A stretch of DNA of 64,000 nt from Bacteroidales bacterium (GTDB taxonomy: Bacteria; Bacteroidota; Bacteroidia; Bacteroidales; Muribaculaceae): the NCBI GenBank assembly GCA_900766975.1, contig CAAFXO010000016.1, forward strand, positions 1,020-65,019, in the 5' to 3' direction. Both the position numbers and the translations under genes were made by a program. Positions 37,588 to 53,449 of this stretch are shown here, piece after piece. Position 1 is the stretch's first letter. The number at the start of each line of letters is the position of its first letter. The notes under the pieces were generated by a model that was not told the origin of the DNA, did no database searches, and was given only the letters and a program-made list of their open reading frames with translations.

Positions 37588-38061
37588 ATGAATCCAAAGA
37601 TCGGAGTAGTAATGGGATCGACGAGCGATCTCGAGGTAATGACCGGAGCATTTGAGATGTTAGAACGCTTTGGCATCGAATATGAGAAGAGAGTGTTGAG
37701 TGCACACCGTACTCCGGGAGCACTTGGCGAATGGGTAAAAGAGGCAATAGGAAGAGGCGTAGTGGCCTTCATAGCAGCCGCCGGAGGAGCAGCCCACTTG
37801 GCGGGAGTTGTAGCCTCACACACCACCCTGCCTGTGATCGGAGTGCCTATCATGTCGAAAGCACTTCGCGGCATGGACTCCTTATTGTCGACAGCCCAAA
37901 TGCCTTCGGGGATTCCGGTGGCAACGATGGCTATCGACGGTTCGAAGAATGCCGCCATCTTCTGCGCCGAAATGCTGAGCATCGCCGACGAAGATCTCCG
38001 TGGCAAGCTTCGCGAATTTCGTGCAGAGCAAGAGCGCAAGATTCTCGCCACAGAGATCTAA
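37588..38061 (+). CDS. purE: 5-(carboxyamino)imidazole ribonucleotide mutase (class I PurE-like)
   Basis: 157 aa from MNPKIGVVMGSTSD. SAHRTP and AAGGAAHLAGVVAS. Start trimmed from 37501 to the ATG at 37588. Confidence 0.93.
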   Translation: MNPKIGVVMGSTSDLEVMTGAFEMLERFGIEYEKRVLSAHRTPGALGEWVKEAIGRGVVAFIAAAGGAAHLAGVVASHTTLPVIGVPIMSKALRGMDSLLSTAQMPSGIPVATMAIDGSKNAAIFCAEMLSIADEDLRGKLREFRAEQERKILATEI

Positions 38062-38172
38062 GCGACTCTACCCAAGACTTATGCGCGCAGCCGAGGCAAG
38101 ATGCCGAAGCCGGGCGAAGATCAATAATAAAGAAATCACCCTAACCCAAAAAACTGAAATACAGAATCAGAT

Positions 38173-41100
38173 ATGACCACCCATCGTATATTTGTTGAAA
38201 AGCGGCCTGAATTTCGAGTAGAGGCTGAGAGCTTGCGACGCGAGCTCAGTTCGACATTGGGGATAAAGATCGACGAATTACGTTTAGTATGCGTATACGA
38301 CTTGTTCGGATTTTCCGAACGACTTCTTGAAGACACACGCTATGGAGTGTTTGGCGAGAAGGCTACGGATGAGGTAGTGGACAGTATGGACCTTAGCGGC
38401 CGTCCTCACTTGGCCGTAGAGGCCTTGCCGGGACAATTCGATCAGCGTGCATCGGCAGCACGAGAGTGCGTAAGGCTTGTGGATCCGAGCGCCGATGTAG
38501 AGATCTTGTCAGCCCGTCTCTATATCTTCGACTCCGGAGTTAGCGAGCAGGATATGGAACGCATCGCACACTACCTGATCAACGCCGTGGAATCACGTCG
38601 TAAGAATCTTGACATATTGGCACTTCCGGAGCGAGCTCATGCCCGTCCGGTAGAGGTGCTCGAAGGGTTCCGGAGCATCACAGCCGAGGCAGCCGGGGCA
38701 TATTGTCGCGAGAAGGGACTCGCCATGAACAGCGACGACCTGATGGAAGTGGTGAAATATTTCACAGCCGAGGGCCGCGACCCGAATGAGACGGAGCTAC
38801 GCATCCTCGACACATACTGGAGCGACCACTGCCGCCACACCACCTTCACTTCACAGCTCACCGACATCCGAGTGGAAGACTCCTTCATCGCAGAAGATAT
38901 CAAAGAGAGTTTGAAACTATGGCATGATATGCGAGCCGAACTGGGCAGAGAGCATAAGCCACTCTGTCTGATGGATCTTGCCACAATCGGAGCGAGATGG
39001 CTTCGCGAGCATGGTATGCTCGACGACTTGGAGCAGAGCGAAGAGAACAATGCATGTAGCATCTATGTGGATGTAGACGTGGATGGAGAGACCGAGAAAT
39101 GGCTTTTCCAGTTCAAGAACGAGACCCACAATCACCCGACGGAGATCGAGCCATTCGGCGGGGCATCGACCTGTCTTGGGGGTGCGATACGCGACCCGCT
39201 GAGTGGTCGCAGCTACGTCTATCAGGCGATGCGCATCACCGGGGCGGGCGACATCTATATGCCGATCGACAAGACGCTGCCGGGCAAGCTTCCCCAGCGA
39301 GTCATCACGAAGGTGGCAGCCGCGGGCTATTCCTCCTACGGCAATCAGATCGGACTTGCCACAACCCATGTACGAGAGATCTATCATCCGGGGTATGTGG
39401 CCAAGCGCCTCGAGGTGGGTGCCGTGGCCGGAGCCGTGAGGGCATGTGATGTGCGCCGCGAGCGTCCGGCAGCCGGAGATGTGGTGCTGATGTTCGGAGG
39501 GCGCACCGGTCGCGACGGCATCGGCGGAGCCACCGGCTCATCGAAAGAGCACAACGAATCGTCGCTCGAGATGTGTGGCAGCGAAGTGCAGAAGGGTAAT
39601 GCTCCCGAAGAGCGCAAATTGTCGCGACTCTTCCGCCGCCCGGAGGTGACCCGACTTGTGAAGAAATCTAATGACTTCGGCGCCGGAGGTGTGAGCGTCG
39701 CTATCGGCGAGCTGACCGATGGTCTGGACATCTACCTCGACCGTGTCACTACGAAATATGCCGGACTCAATGCCACTGAGCTTGCCATCTCCGAGAGCCA
39801 AGAGCGTATGTCGGTGGTGGTAGAGGCCAAAGATAAGGAAGAGTTCGTGAGATATTGTCACGAAGAGAATATAGAGGTGCGCCATGTGGCTGATGTCACC
39901 GACTCGGGGCGTATGCGTATGATGCGCGACGGCAAGGTGGTGGCAGACCTGAAGCGCGAATTTATCGACTCGGCGGGAGCACCCCACTATGCCAAGGCAG
40001 TGATCAAGAGTGTGGAGCTCTGCGATCCCTTCGCTCGCGAAGTAGAGGGCAAAGACTTGGATGAGAAGTTTGTCAACAATCTTCTTGATGCCAACGTCAC
40101 CTCCCAGCGGGGACTTATCGAGATGTTCGACTCGACGATCGGCGCATCGACCGTGCTAATGCCCTTCGGCGGCAAGACCAACGGCACAGAGACTCAGGTG
40201 AGCGTGCAGAAGTTGCCTGTCGGGCCACACACCACCCACACAGCGAGCATGATGAGCTGGGGTTTCAATCCTTATATCATGAGCTGGAGTCCCTATCACG
40301 GGGCAGCCTACTCGGTGGTGGATGCAGTGGCAAAGGCAGTGGCAGCCGGTGCCGACTATCGACGGATGCGCTTCTCCTACCAGGAATATTTCGAGCGTAT
40401 GAGCAGCGAGCAGGCATGGGGCAAGCCCTTGGCAGCGCTCCTCGGCACGCTCCGTATGCAAAAAGAATTGGGACTTCCCTCGATCGGAGGTAAAGACTCT
40501 ATGAGCGGCACCTTCGGCGATATCAGCGTTCCCCCGACACTGATCGCCATCGGCGCAGTGATCGTGGACGCGCGCCATGTGATCAGCCCCGACTTCAAGA
40601 AGGCCAACCATGGTTTATACTTAGTGAAACATCGTCCTCTTGCCAACAAGATGCCCGACACCCAGGGGCTGAAGAGGTCATACGAGGCGTTGTATCAAGA
40701 GATCCTCATGGGCAATGTGGTGAGTTCCTACGCCATCGGCATGGGTGGTCTCGCCGAGGCCTTGGTCAAGATGTCGCTTGGCAACCGCGTGGGAGTCGAT
40801 GTATCATACGATGAGAAGTCACTCTTCGACTGCGCCTACGGCTCGATCGTGATCGAGGCAAAAGAGCCGGTGAACATCCCCGGTGTGAAATTTATCGGCT
40901 ACACCATCGAAGAGAATGTGGTCAAGATCAATCATCACAGTTATGCCGGAGAGATGCTGTCAGACAAGATAAGAGAGCGATTCAACGCCATCTATCCCGA
41001 CCGGGCGGAGAGCCGCGGCGAGGCACCTGATGCCGGCTGCACCCGCCGCGTGGAGGGATATAAGGGAGAAGCAGTGGAACATCCGAGAGTGTTCCTGCCC

Positions 41101-41889
41101 GTCTTCCCCGGCACGAACTGCGACTACGATATGCAGGCAGCCTTTATGGCAGAGGGTGCTGAGGTGAAGATCGGCGTGTTCCGCAATCTGAGCGCCGAGG
41201 ATATCAACGACTCATGCCGCGAGATGGCAGCCGAGATCGATGCATGCCATATCCTGGCGATCAGCGGCGGTTTCTCGGCAGCCGATGAGCCTGACGGCTC
41301 GGGCAAATTCATCGCCACCGTGCTCCTGAACGAGCATGTGAAGAGCGCCGTGGAGCGACTCTTGGAGCGTGGCGGACTGATCTTGGGTATCTGCAACGGC
41401 TTCCAAGCCTTGGTAAAATCGGGACTTCTCCCCTACGGCAAGATCGGCGAATTGACACCGGAGAGTCCTACTCTCTTCCGCAACGACATCAACCGCCACA
41501 TATCGCAGATCGCACAGACACGCGTCGGCACAGTGGCATCACCCTGGCTCAGCAGCTTCGAGTGTGGCGATCTCCACTCAGTGGCAATGTCGCATGGCGA
41601 GGGCAAGTTCGTGGCTGATGAGGCTCTGCTCAAGCAGCTCTCCGACAATGGTCAGATAGCATTCCAATATGCCGATCCGGCTACCGGACATGCCACCATG
41701 CAATCACCCCACAATCCCAACGGATCATCCTGGGCAATCGAGGGTATCATCTCACCCGATGGTCATATCCTGGGCAAGATGGGGCACTCCGAGCGCTATC
41801 GCGAAGGGCTGATGAAGAATGTGGCAGGCAATAAGTCGCAGAACCTCTTCAAGAATGCGGTAGCCTACTTCCGCAAAGTCAATGGATAA
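38173..41889 (+). CDS. purL: phosphoribosylformylglycinamidine synthase, single-chain large form
   Basis: 1238 aa. AIR-synthase-like repeats and a C-terminal GATase domain (GICNGFQ). Confidence 0.96.
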   Translation: MTTHRIFVEKRPEFRVEAESLRRELSSTLGIKIDELRLVCVYDLFGFSERLLEDTRYGVFGEKATDEVVDSMDLSGRPHLAVEALPGQFDQRASAARECVRLVDPSADVEILSARLYIFDSGVSEQDMERIAHYLINAVESRRKNLDILALPERAHARPVEVLEGFRSITAEAAGAYCREKGLAMNSDDLMEVVKYFTAEGRDPNETELRILDTYWSDHCRHTTFTSQLTDIRVEDSFIAEDIKESLKLWHDMRAELGREHKPLCLMDLATIGARWLREHGMLDDLEQSEENNACSIYVDVDVDGETEKWLFQFKNETHNHPTEIEPFGGASTCLGGAIRDPLSGRSYVYQAMRITGAGDIYMPIDKTLPGKLPQRVITKVAAAGYSSYGNQIGLATTHVREIYHPGYVAKRLEVGAVAGAVRACDVRRERPAAGDVVLMFGGRTGRDGIGGATGSSKEHNESSLEMCGSEVQKGNAPEERKLSRLFRRPEVTRLVKKSNDFGAGGVSVAIGELTDGLDIYLDRVTTKYAGLNATELAISESQERMSVVVEAKDKEEFVRYCHEENIEVRHVADVTDSGRMRMMRDGKVVADLKREFIDSAGAPHYAKAVIKSVELCDPFAREVEGKDLDEKFVNNLLDANVTSQRGLIEMFDSTIGASTVLMPFGGKTNGTETQVSVQKLPVGPHTTHTASMMSWGFNPYIMSWSPYHGAAYSVVDAVAKAVAAGADYRRMRFSYQEYFERMSSEQAWGKPLAALLGTLRMQKELGLPSIGGKDSMSGTFGDISVPPTLIAIGAVIVDARHVISPDFKKANHGLYLVKHRPLANKMPDTQGLKRSYEALYQEILMGNVVSSYAIGMGGLAEALVKMSLGNRVGVDVSYDEKSLFDCAYGSIVIEAKEPVNIPGVKFIGYTIEENVVKINHHSYAGEMLSDKIRERFNAIYPDRAESRGEAPDAGCTRRVEGYKGEAVEHPRVFLPVFPGTNCDYDMQAAFMAEGAEVKIGVFRNLSAEDINDSCREMAAEIDACHILAISGGFSAADEPDGSGKFIATVLLNEHVKSAVERLLERGGLILGICNGFQALVKSGLLPYGKIGELTPESPTLFRNDINRHISQIAQTRVGTVASPWLSSFECGDLHSVAMSHGEGKFVADEALLKQLSDNGQIAFQYADPATGHATMQSPHNPNGSSWAIEGIISPDGHILGKMGHSERYREGLMKNVAGNKSQNLFKNAVAYFRKVNG

Positions 41890-41944
41890 AAAGAGTCAAC
41901 AAAAAAATAAATCAAAAGAAACAATCAATAACCCAATAATAGCA

Positions 41945-42658
41945 ATGGAAAAGAAAGAGATGCTCTATGAGGGCAAAGCAAAACAAGTGTATGCAACCGA
42001 CGATGAGAACCTTGTAATCATCCACTACAAAGATGCAGCTACCGCTTTCAACAATCTGAAGAAGGCAACGATCGACAACAAGGGAGTCTTGAACAACGAG
42101 ATCACCACCATCATCTTCAAGAAGCTGAATGAGGCAGGTATCCCGACCCACTACATCGAGACACTTAACGATCGCGACCAGCTCTGCAAGAAGGTAAGCA
42201 TCGTGCCCTTGGAAGTAATCGTACGCAACGTGATCGCCGGCTCGATGGCGAAACGTCTTGGCATCGAAGAGGGAACACCCGCACCCAACACTATCATGGA
42301 GATCTGCTACAAGGATGATGCACTTGGCGATCCTCTGATCAATGATCACCACGCTGTGGCTCTCGGTGCAGCCACCTACGACGAGTTGGCAGAGATCTAC
42401 GACATGACAGCTCGTATCAACACATTGCTCAAAGAGCTCTTCTCACAGATCGGCATCCGTCTGATCGACTTCAAGATCGAATTTGGCAAGACTGCTGATG
42501 GCAAGATCGTGCTTGCTGACGAGATCAGCCCCGACACCTGCCGTCTGTGGGATGCCAAGACCAACGAGAAGCTCGACAAAGACCGTTTCCGTCGCGACCT
42601 TGGCAACGTAATCGGAGCCTACGAAGAGATCGACAGCCGTCTTAACTCACTCAAATAA
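41945..42658 (+). CDS. purC: SAICAR synthase
   Basis: 237 aa from [20 protein letters not shown]. Start trimmed from 41882. Confidence 0.94.
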   Translation: MEKKEMLYEGKAKQVYATDDENLVIIHYKDAATAFNNLKKATIDNKGVLNNEITTIIFKKLNEAGIPTHYIETLNDRDQLCKKVSIVPLEVIVRNVIAGSMAKRLGIEEGTPAPNTIMEICYKDDALGDPLINDHHAVALGAATYDELAEIYDMTARINTLLKELFSQIGIRLIDFKIEFGKTADGKIVLADEISPDTCRLWDAKTNEKLDKDRFRRDLGNVIGAYEEIDSRLNSLK

Positions 42659-42672
42659 AAAGAGCGAACGAG

Positions 42673-43698
42673 ATGGCAAAAAGTTATGAAGCATCAGGAG
42701 TAAATCTTGAAGCAGGATATGAGGTGGTGAGCCGCATCAAGAAGCATGTGGCATCCACCACCCGTCCGGGATGCATGGGAGGCATCGGAGCCTTCGGAGG
42801 TATGTTCGACCTCGGCTCGTTGGGCTATAAGCATCCTATCTTGGTGAGTGGCACAGATGGTGTCGGCACGAAGTTGAAGATAGCCTTCGCTATGGATCGT
42901 CACGACACGATCGGCATCGACGCTGTGGCAATGTGTGTCAACGACGTGTTGGCACAGGGAGCCGAGCCGCTGCTCTTCTTGGACTATGTGGCAGTGGGTC
43001 ACAATCGTCCGGAGGTGGTAGAGGCGATAGTATCGGGTGTGGCAGAGGGATGCCGCCAGGCGGGATGTGCCTTGGTGGGTGGCGAGACTGCCGAGATGCC
43101 GGGCATGTATGCCCCCGAAGATTATGACATCGCCGGCTTCACCGTCGGAGCTGTGGAGAAGGATAATCTGATCGACGGCTCGAAGGTGGCAGAGGGTGAT
43201 GTGCTGATCGGCCTCCCCTCGACCGGAGTACACTCCAACGGCTTCTCATTGGTGCGTAAGATCGTGGCAGATGCCAAGTTAGATCTTAACTCGCGCTATG
43301 AAGAGACGGGCGAACAGACCCTCGGCGAGATGCTCCTGACCCCGACAGCGATCTATGTGAAGCCTGTGCTGAAGCTGATCAAAGAGGTGGATGTGCATGG
43401 CGTAGCCCATATCACCGGCGGCGGCTTCGACGAGAATATCCCCCGCATATTAGGAGAGGGACTCGGCGTCGAGATCAAGGATGGCAGCTGGGATATCCTC
43501 CCTGTGTTCGACCTGCTCCGCAAGTATGGCAATCTACCCCGTCGCGAGATGTTCAACATCTTCAACATGGGTATCGGCATGGTGATCGCAGTTCGTGTCC
43601 AAGAGGCAGAAAAGGCGATCGAGACACTCCGCAGCTCGGGCATTGATGCTCGAGAGATCGGCAAGGTAGTGAAAGGCTCGGGAGTGACATTGGTGTAA
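42673..43698 (+). CDS. purM: AIR synthase (phosphoribosylformylglycinamidine cyclo-ligase)
   Basis: 341 aa. [13 protein letters not shown] and DYVAVG. Confidence 0.95.
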   Translation: MAKSYEASGVNLEAGYEVVSRIKKHVASTTRPGCMGGIGAFGGMFDLGSLGYKHPILVSGTDGVGTKLKIAFAMDRHDTIGIDAVAMCVNDVLAQGAEPLLFLDYVAVGHNRPEVVEAIVSGVAEGCRQAGCALVGGETAEMPGMYAPEDYDIAGFTVGAVEKDNLIDGSKVAEGDVLIGLPSTGVHSNGFSLVRKIVADAKLDLNSRYEETGEQTLGEMLLTPTAIYVKPVLKLIKEVDVHGVAHITGGGFDENIPRILGEGLGVEIKDGSWDILPVFDLLRKYGNLPRREMFNIFNMGIGMVIAVRVQEAEKAIETLRSSGIDAREIGKVVKGSGVTLV

Positions 43699-43758
43699 AC
43701 CATCCCGGCTATAAGAGAGAAAGAAAGCAACCCAAAATCGAACAATTAAAAGAAATAG

Positions 43759-45288
43759 ATGAAAGCTTTAGTAAGCGTAAGTGATAAGAGAGGAGTTGTG
43801 GAATTTGCACACTCCCTGAAGCGACTTGGATGGGAGATCATCGCCACCGGCGGCACACAGAAGATGCTCGAAGAGAGTGGCTTGGCAGTGACCGGCATCA
43901 GCGAGATCACCGGATTTCCGGAGATATGCGGCGGCAGAGTGAAGACACTCCACCCCAAGGTGCATGGTGCACTGTTGGGACGTCGCGACAATGAGGGAGA
44001 TATGGCACAACTCGCCGAGAATGGCATCGGACTGATCGACATGGTGTGTGTGAACCTCTACCCCTTCGAGGCTACAGTAGCGAAGCCAGATGTGACTCTG
44101 GCAGATGCCATCGAGAACATCGACATAGGCGGGCCCTCGATGCTACGCTCGGCAGCGAAGAACTGCAAGAGTGTGACCGTGGTGTGCGATCCCGACGACT
44201 ATTCGAAAGTACTCGAAGAGATCGAGGCTAATGGCAATACGACCCCCGAGACACGCCTTCAGCTCTCAGCCAAGGCATATACTCACACAGCGCTTTACGA
44301 CAGCCATATCGCCACATATATGCGTCGTCAGGCAGGTCTGCCCGAGAAGTTATTCTTGGCATTCGACGAAGTTCAAAGCCTCCGCTATGGAGAGAATCCT
44401 CATCAGCAGGCTAAGTTCTATCGCACAGCCCGGGAGTATTCATATAGCGTGGCGACAGCCCGTCAGATTCAGGGTAAAGAACTCTCTTACAACAACATAC
44501 AGGATGCCAATGCAGCACTTGAGATCGTGAGCGAATTTAGCGAGCCCTTCTGCGTGGGCTTGAAGCACATGAATCCCTGTGGAGCGGCAGTAGGCAAGGA
44601 TGTGATGGAGGCATGGACACGCGCCTACGAGGCAGACAAGGTGAGCATCTATGGCGGCATCGTGGCATTCAACCGCGAAGTCACCGAAGAGGTGGCACTC
44701 GAGATGAAGCCTATCTTCTTGGAGATCGTGATGGCACCGGCGTTCAGCGCCGGCGCATTGGAGGTCTTCTCGAAGAAGAAAAACCTTCGCGTATTGGAGG
44801 TGAAGATGGAAGATGGCCATGAGAGTCGTCCGGCATACGTCGGTGTGACCGGCGGCATGCTGGTGCAGGATGCCGACACACAGTGTCTCGACATCGCCGA
44901 CTCGATGACCGTGACTGAGCGTCACCCCTCGGCACAGGAATTGGCAGACATGGACTTCGGCTGGAAGATCGTGAAGCATGTTAAGTCGAACGCCATCGTA
45001 GTAGTAAAAAATGGCGCCACACTTGGTGTGGGAGCAGGCCAGATGAACCGTGTCGGCTCGGCAGGCATCGCCTTGGAAGAGGCTAAAGCAGCCGGAGCCA
45101 CCGAGGGCTTGGTATTGGCATCCGACGGATTCCTTCCCTTCGACGACACGGTGGAGCAGGCATCACACTATGGAGTCAGCGCCATCGTGCAGCCTGGTGG
45201 AAGCATCCGCGATGAAGACTCCATCAAGAAAGCCAACGAGAAAGGAATCGCCATGCTCTTCACCGGCATGCGTCACTTCAAACATTAA
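43759..45288 (+). CDS. purH: bifunctional AICAR transformylase / IMP cyclohydrolase
   Basis: 509 aa. MKALVSVSDKRGVVEFA...GGRVKTLHPKVHG. Confidence 0.96.
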   Translation: MKALVSVSDKRGVVEFAHSLKRLGWEIIATGGTQKMLEESGLAVTGISEITGFPEICGGRVKTLHPKVHGALLGRRDNEGDMAQLAENGIGLIDMVCVNLYPFEATVAKPDVTLADAIENIDIGGPSMLRSAAKNCKSVTVVCDPDDYSKVLEEIEANGNTTPETRLQLSAKAYTHTALYDSHIATYMRRQAGLPEKLFLAFDEVQSLRYGENPHQQAKFYRTAREYSYSVATARQIQGKELSYNNIQDANAALEIVSEFSEPFCVGLKHMNPCGAAVGKDVMEAWTRAYEADKVSIYGGIVAFNREVTEEVALEMKPIFLEIVMAPAFSAGALEVFSKKKNLRVLEVKMEDGHESRPAYVGVTGGMLVQDADTQCLDIADSMTVTERHPSAQELADMDFGWKIVKHVKSNAIVVVKNGATLGVGAGQMNRVGSAGIALEEAKAAGATEGLVLASDGFLPFDDTVEQASHYGVSAIVQPGGSIRDEDSIKKANEKGIAMLFTGMRHFKH

Positions 45289-45304
45289 TATATAGATAGA
45301 GGTA

Positions 45305-46555
45305 ATGAAGGATAAGAAGGTACTTGTGGTGGGCAGTGGCGGCAGATGCCACGCCATAGTCGATGCGCTGTCACGTTCGGAGCGAGTAGGCAAGATCTAT
45401 TGTGCACCGGGCAATGCAGGCATCGCCTCGCAGGCAGAGTGTGTATCGATCTCGGTAGAAGATGTCGAGGGGCTCAAGCGATTTGCCATAGAGGAGGGTA
45501 TCGACCTCACGGTGGTCGGGCCTGAAGCCTCATTGGCAGTAGGAATCGTCGATGAGTTCCGCGCATCGGGACTTCAGATTTTCGGGCCTACGAAAACGGC
45601 GGCACGCATCGAGACGAGCAAAGAGTATGCCAAAGACTTGATGGCACGCCACGGGGTGCCTACAGCCTCCTACCGGACCTTTTCCGACTACGACGAGGCA
45701 TTGGCCTACGTCAAGGCGGGACCGATACCTGTCGTGATCAAATATGACGGGTTGGCTGCCGGCAAGGGAGTCGTGGTGGCGATGAGCCTTGAAGAGGCAG
45801 AATCGGCACTTCGCGACATGCTTTTGGATGAGAGTTTCGGCAAGGGGCGTGTGGTGGTCGAGGAGTTCCTCGACGGGCCTGAGTTCTCCTTCATGTGTAT
45901 CGTCAATGGCAATAAGCTCTATCCCCTCGACATAGCACGCGATCATAAGCGTGCCTACGATGGGGACAAGGGTCCCAACACGGGTGGTATGGGAGCCTAC
46001 TCTCCCGTGCCATTCGTCACATCGGAGATTCGCGAGAATGCGCTGCGCACGATCATGCAGCCGGTGGCAGATGCCATGGTGGCAGAGGGAGTTCCCTTCA
46101 CCGGCGTGCTCTATGGAGGCTTGATCCTTCATGGCGACACACCGAAAGTAATTGAATTCAACGCTCGCTTCGGCGACCCGGAGACGGAGGTGGTGTTGAG
46201 CCGCATGGAGAGCGACTTCTACTCGCTGATCGAAGCCTCACTGACAGGGGCAGACTTCGAGATAGCCTGGAATCAGGAATATATGCTCGGGGTCGTGATG
46301 GCAGCCAAGGGATATCCCGGCAAGTATGGCAAGGGACACCAGATCGGCGGCATGGATCGAGTAGAGGGTAAGGTATACCAAATGGGCACAAAGCGCAGCG
46401 GCTCGGATCTGCTGAGCGCCGGCGGCCGTGTGCTGATGGTATTGGGGAGTGGCAAGACACTCGCCGAAGCTCATGACCGGGCCTACCGGTCGGTGGCACA
46501 GATCGACTGCCCCGAGCTCTTCTATCGTCAGGATATCGGATCGCGTGAGATCTAA
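45305..46555 (+). CDS. purD: phosphoribosylamine--glycine ligase
   Basis: 416 aa. VLVVGSGGRCHAI, ATP-grasp fold, EFNARFGDPE. Confidence 0.95.
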   Translation: MKDKKVLVVGSGGRCHAIVDALSRSERVGKIYCAPGNAGIASQAECVSISVEDVEGLKRFAIEEGIDLTVVGPEASLAVGIVDEFRASGLQIFGPTKTAARIETSKEYAKDLMARHGVPTASYRTFSDYDEALAYVKAGPIPVVIKYDGLAAGKGVVVAMSLEEAESALRDMLLDESFGKGRVVVEEFLDGPEFSFMCIVNGNKLYPLDIARDHKRAYDGDKGPNTGGMGAYSPVPFVTSEIRENALRTIMQPVADAMVAEGVPFTGVLYGGLILHGDTPKVIEFNARFGDPETEVVLSRMESDFYSLIEASLTGADFEIAWNQEYMLGVVMAAKGYPGKYGKGHQIGGMDRVEGKVYQMGTKRSGSDLLSAGGRVLMVLGSGKTLAEAHDRAYRSVAQIDCPELFYRQDIGSREI

Positions 46556-46626
46556 TATATCCCGACAGATAGAGAAATATTACGGAAATAAACAAATCTA
46601 ACACGAAAATACTCAAAACCAAAGAT

Positions 46627-47478
46627 ATGATCATCAGCGGTAAAGACTTAGCGAAGAAAATCAAAGAAGATATCGCAGCCCAAGTACCGGCACTTGTGGA
46701 GAAATATGGCAGAGCTCCCCATTTGGCAGTAATCTTGGTGGGAGAAGACCCGGCAAGCCAGTCGTATGTAAAGTCGAAGGGGAAGGATGCCGAGCAAGTA
46801 GGCTATAAGAGCACGACGATCCGCCTTCCGGAGGAGACGAGTGAAGCGGAGCTGCTCGAGGTGATCGGCAAGTTGAATGCCGACGACACGGTGGATGGCG
46901 TACTGGTACAGCTACCGGTGCCACGACACATCAACGAAGATCGAGTGATCGAGGCAATCAGCCACGAGAAGGATGTGGATGGGTTCCATCCGGCGAATGT
47001 GGCATCGTTGTGGCAGAAGCGTCCCTGTGTCTATCCCTGCACACCCAAGGGAGTGATTCGCATGCTCGATGAGGCAGGCGTAGAGATCGAGGGTAAAGAG
47101 GCAGTGGTGATCGGCCGCAGCAACATCGTGGGTCTCCCGATGTCGAAGATGCTTTTGGATCGTAATGCCACAGTGACTGTGGCACACAGCCGCACGAAGA
47201 ACTTGGCGGAGGTGACACGCCGCGCCGACATCCTGGTGGCGGCAGTGGGACGACTTCGCTTCGTCACCGCCGATATGGTGGCACCCGGTGCCGTAGTGAT
47301 CGATGTCGGAGTGAATCGCGACCCGGAGACCGGCAAGCTCGCCGGCGATGTCGATTATGCCAATGTCGAGCCTATAGCCTCGGTGATCACCCCCGTGCCG
47401 GGAGGCGTCGGACCTATGACCCGCGCCTGCCTGATGGAGAACACCCTCGAGTGCTATCTTCGCGCCATGGAGAAGTAA
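46627..47478 (+). CDS. folD: bifunctional 5,10-methylene-THF dehydrogenase / methenyl-THF cyclohydrolase
   Basis: 283 aa. LAVILVGEDPASQSYVKSK, DGFHP, GRSNIVGLPM, PVPGGVGPMT. Confidence 0.95.
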   Translation: MIISGKDLAKKIKEDIAAQVPALVEKYGRAPHLAVILVGEDPASQSYVKSKGKDAEQVGYKSTTIRLPEETSEAELLEVIGKLNADDTVDGVLVQLPVPRHINEDRVIEAISHEKDVDGFHPANVASLWQKRPCVYPCTPKGVIRMLDEAGVEIEGKEAVVIGRSNIVGLPMSKMLLDRNATVTVAHSRTKNLAEVTRRADILVAAVGRLRFVTADMVAPGAVVIDVGVNRDPETGKLAGDVDYANVEPIASVITPVPGGVGPMTRACLMENTLECYLRAMEK

Positions 47479-47553
47479 TCTCCCGGGTAGGAGTGTAATA
47501 ATCGTGTAACGATAAGATCGAAAATAATCACCATCCCCAAAACGAAAGTATAG

Positions 47554-48849
47554 ATGATACCAAGATATTCACGCGAACAGATGCGCGCCATCTGGACAGA
47601 AGAGAATAAATTTAATGCCTATCTGAAGGTAGAGATTCTCTCGGCTGAGGCCTGGAGAGAATTGGGAGTCGTACCGGCAGAGGATATCGACAAGCTCTGG
47701 AAGAACGCCACCTTCAATATCGATCGCATCAAAGAGATCGAAGAGCAGACACGCCATGACATCGTGGCATTCACCCGCGCGGTGAGCGAATCGCTTGGCG
47801 AGGAGCGCAAGTGGGTGCATTATGGATTGACCTCGACCGACGTGGTGGACACCGCCAATGGCTATCTACTGAAGCAAGCCAACGAGATCCTGCGCGAAGA
47901 CCTTCAGCGCTTTGCGGCTATGCTTCGCAGCCAGGCATTGAAATATAAGTATACTCCCTGCATCGGCAGGACTCACGGCATCCATGCCGACATCACGTCG
48001 TTCGGCTTGAAGTGGGTGCTCTGGCACGCCGAGATGCAGCGCAACATCAAGCGATTCGAAGAGGCTGCACAGGGTGTGGAAGTGGGCAAGATCTCGGGAG
48101 CTGTGGGCAATTTCGCCAACATTCCCCCCTTCGTACAGGACTATGTATGCGAGAAACTTGGCATCAACAGTGCAGACATCTCGACTCAGGTGATACAGCG
48201 CGATCGTCATGCTTATTATCTTGCCACCTTGGCAGTGATCGGAGCATCGATCGAGCAAATGGCTATGGAGATCCGCGGCTTGCAACGCACTGAGGTGCAT
48301 GAGGTGGAAGAGGCATTTGGCAAGGGTCAGAAGGGCTCGAGCGCAATGCCCCACAAGCGCAACCCGATCGGATCGGAGAATATGTGTGGCTGCGCACGCG
48401 TGCTCCGCGGCTATATGGCGACAGCCTATGAGAATGTGGCACTCTGGCACGAGAGAGATATCTCCCACTCTGCCACCGAGCGCATCATCCTGCCCGACGC
48501 CACCATGCTGTTGGACTATATGCTCAACCGTATGTGCAACATCTTGGGCAATCTCACAGTGTTCGAAGATCGTATGCGTCAGAACATCTATATCACCAAT
48601 GGAGTGATCTTCGCACAGCGTGTGATGAATGCGCTGATCGCCAAGGGTTTTGCACGCGAGAAGGCATACGACACGGTGCAGCCTGTAGCGATGGCAGCGA
48701 TGGCGAACGGCGTGCCCTATATCGATCTGCTTCGTGAGAATGAGGTGGTGAAAGCCAATCTGAGCGACGAAGAGTTGGATGGTTGCTTCACCCTCGACTA
48801 CTATATGAAGAATGTGGACTATATCTTCGATCGTAACGGAATAAAATAA
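47554..48849 (+). CDS. purB: adenylosuccinate lyase
   Basis: 431 aa. GLTSTDV and the fumarate-lyase signature [11 protein letters not shown]. Confidence 0.95.
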   Translation: MIPRYSREQMRAIWTEENKFNAYLKVEILSAEAWRELGVVPAEDIDKLWKNATFNIDRIKEIEEQTRHDIVAFTRAVSESLGEERKWVHYGLTSTDVVDTANGYLLKQANEILREDLQRFAAMLRSQALKYKYTPCIGRTHGIHADITSFGLKWVLWHAEMQRNIKRFEEAAQGVEVGKISGAVGNFANIPPFVQDYVCEKLGINSADISTQVIQRDRHAYYLATLAVIGASIEQMAMEIRGLQRTEVHEVEEAFGKGQKGSSAMPHKRNPIGSENMCGCARVLRGYMATAYENVALWHERDISHSATERIILPDATMLLDYMLNRMCNILGNLTVFEDRMRQNIYITNGVIFAQRVMNALIAKGFAREKAYDTVQPVAMAAMANGVPYIDLLRENEVVKANLSDEELDGCFTLDYYMKNVDYIFDRNGIK

Positions 48850-48922
48850 GTTAACAGCGGCCATCCACCCCGAAGTTCTCGCCGAGAGACTCGGGGCGGG
48901 GTCGCAAAAAGAAACAAAATAA

Positions 48923-51719
<2,797 letters not shown>

Positions 51720-51746
51720 ACATAGCCTTATCTCAACAGACAAGAC

Positions 51747-53273
51747 ATGGAAAAAATATTAATCATAGATTTCGGATCGCAGTATACACAGCTTATCGCA
51801 CGTCGTGTTCGCGAGCTCAATGTGTATTGTGAGATCCATCCCTTCAATCATCTTCCCGAGATCGATGGCGACACCAAGGGAGTGATCTTGTCGGGGAGCC
51901 CTGCGTCGGTCAGAGACGAGGGGGCACCGAAGCCCGACATCAACCATATCAAGGGAAAGATGCCCCTATTGGGGGTATGCTATGGGGCACAGTTGCTGGC
52001 ACACGAGTATGGTGGCGAGGTGAAGGGAGCCCCGAGCCGCGAGTATGGTCGCGCGATGCTGAGCGTAGTGGATGCGAGTGATCGCCTTATGGCGGGACTC
52101 CCCTCCCCTACTCAGGTGTGGATGTCGCATGGCGACACTATCACCAATATCCCCGACGGATATAAGATCATCGGCTCTACCGACAATGTTCGCGTAGCGG
52201 CTTATCATATCGAGGGTGAGGAGACCTGGGGCATCCAGTTCCACCCCGAAGTGTTCCACTCTACCGATGGCACAAAGTTGCTGGGTAATTTCGTGCTGGG
52301 GATCTGCGGATGCAGCGGCACGTGGAGTCCGGCATCGTTCATCGATACGACTGTGGAGGGACTTCGCGAGAAACTGGGTGATGACAAGGTGATCCTCGGA
52401 CTCTCGGGTGGTGTCGACTCGACGGTAGCGGCGGTGTTGTTGCATCGCGCCATCGGCGATCGCCTCCATTGCATCTTTGTGAACAATGGTTTGCTTCGTG
52501 CCAACGAGTTTGAGGGAGTCCTCTCTTCTTATAAGGGTATGGGTCTGAACGTGAGGGGCGTCGATGCCTCGGAGCGTTTCTATGCCGACCTGGCGGGAGT
52601 CACCGATCCGGAGCAGAAGCGTAAGATCATCGGCCGCGATTTCGTGGAGGTGTTCAATGCCGAAGCGAAGAAGGTGGAGGGTGCACGCTGGCTGGGCCAG
52701 GGCACGATCTATCCTGACGTGATCGAGAGCTGCTCGGTCAAGGGACCTTCAGCCACTATTAAGTCTCACCACAATGTGGGTGGTCTGCCGAAGGAGATGA
52801 ACCTTCAGGTGGTGGAGCCATTGCGATTGCTCTTCAAAGATGAGGTGAGACGTGTCGGCAAGGCATTGGGTATCGACCCTGAATTGTTGGGTCGTCACCC
52901 CTTCCCCGGACCGGGACTTGGCATCCGCATCCTCGGAGAGGTAACGGCGGAGAAGGTGGCTATCTTGCAGCAAGCCGACAAGATCTTTATCGACAATCTG
53001 AGAGAATCGGGTTGGTATGATAAGGTATGGCAAGCAGGAGTGATGTTGCTGCCTGTGCAGAGTGTCGGCGTGATGGGCGATGAGCGCACCTACGAGAGGT
53101 GCTGTGCATTGCGCGCCGTAATCTCGACAGATGGCATGACAGCCGACTGGGTACACCTCCCCTACGAGCTCTTGGCAAAGGTAAGCAACGAGATCATCAA
53201 CAAGGTGCGCGGCATCAACCGCGTAGTCTACGACATCTCCTCCAAGCCGCCTGCCACGATCGAATGGGAATGA
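51747..53273 (+). CDS. guaA: GMP synthase (glutamine-hydrolysing)
   Basis: 508 aa. GATase (GVCYGAQ), ATP-PPase SGGVDS, and C-terminal PPATIEWE. Confidence 0.96.
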   Translation: MEKILIIDFGSQYTQLIARRVRELNVYCEIHPFNHLPEIDGDTKGVILSGSPASVRDEGAPKPDINHIKGKMPLLGVCYGAQLLAHEYGGEVKGAPSREYGRAMLSVVDASDRLMAGLPSPTQVWMSHGDTITNIPDGYKIIGSTDNVRVAAYHIEGEETWGIQFHPEVFHSTDGTKLLGNFVLGICGCSGTWSPASFIDTTVEGLREKLGDDKVILGLSGGVDSTVAAVLLHRAIGDRLHCIFVNNGLLRANEFEGVLSSYKGMGLNVRGVDASERFYADLAGVTDPEQKRKIIGRDFVEVFNAEAKKVEGARWLGQGTIYPDVIESCSVKGPSATIKSHHNVGGLPKEMNLQVVEPLRLLFKDEVRRVGKALGIDPELLGRHPFPGPGLGIRILGEVTAEKVAILQQADKIFIDNLRESGWYDKVWQAGVMLLPVQSVGVMGDERTYERCCALRAVISTDGMTADWVHLPYELLAKVSNEIINKVRGINRVVYDISSKPPATIEWE

Positions 53274-53300
53274 ATTAAAATATGTAAAAAACCTTGAAAT

Positions 53301-53340
53301 GAGCGCGGAATCTTCGAAGAAAAATGCAGATTCCGCGCTC
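53301..53340 (+). terminator. hairpin terminating the pur/gua operon
   Basis: Perfect 13-bp stem GAGCGCGGAATCT / AGATTCCGCGCTC with a 14-nt loop, 28 nt after the guaA stop. Confidence 0.7.
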
Positions 53341-53378
53341 ATCTCGTAGGAGGGGATGGAGTAGTATGGTGAAAAGAT

Positions 53379-53410
53379 AAGAGGCCGGGAACTGGTGTTT
53401 CCGGCCTCTT
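53379..53410. terminator. second, bidirectional hairpin between convergent guaA and tnaA
   Basis: 13-bp stem AAGAGGCCGGGAA / TTTCCGGCCTCTT (one G-U pair) with a 6-nt loop, followed by TATTGTTTTG. Confidence 0.75.
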
Positions 53411-53449
53411 TATTGTTTTGGTCGCCTTTGGGGCGGGTATTGTCGGGGA

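Noticed and set aside
48850-48922. The imperfect GC-rich hairpin between purB and purA (CGCCGAGAGACTCGGGGCG) as an internal terminator
   Set aside because: The stem is bulged and short and no U-tract follows. It is more likely incidental or a minor processing site, and is insufficient to split the operon call.
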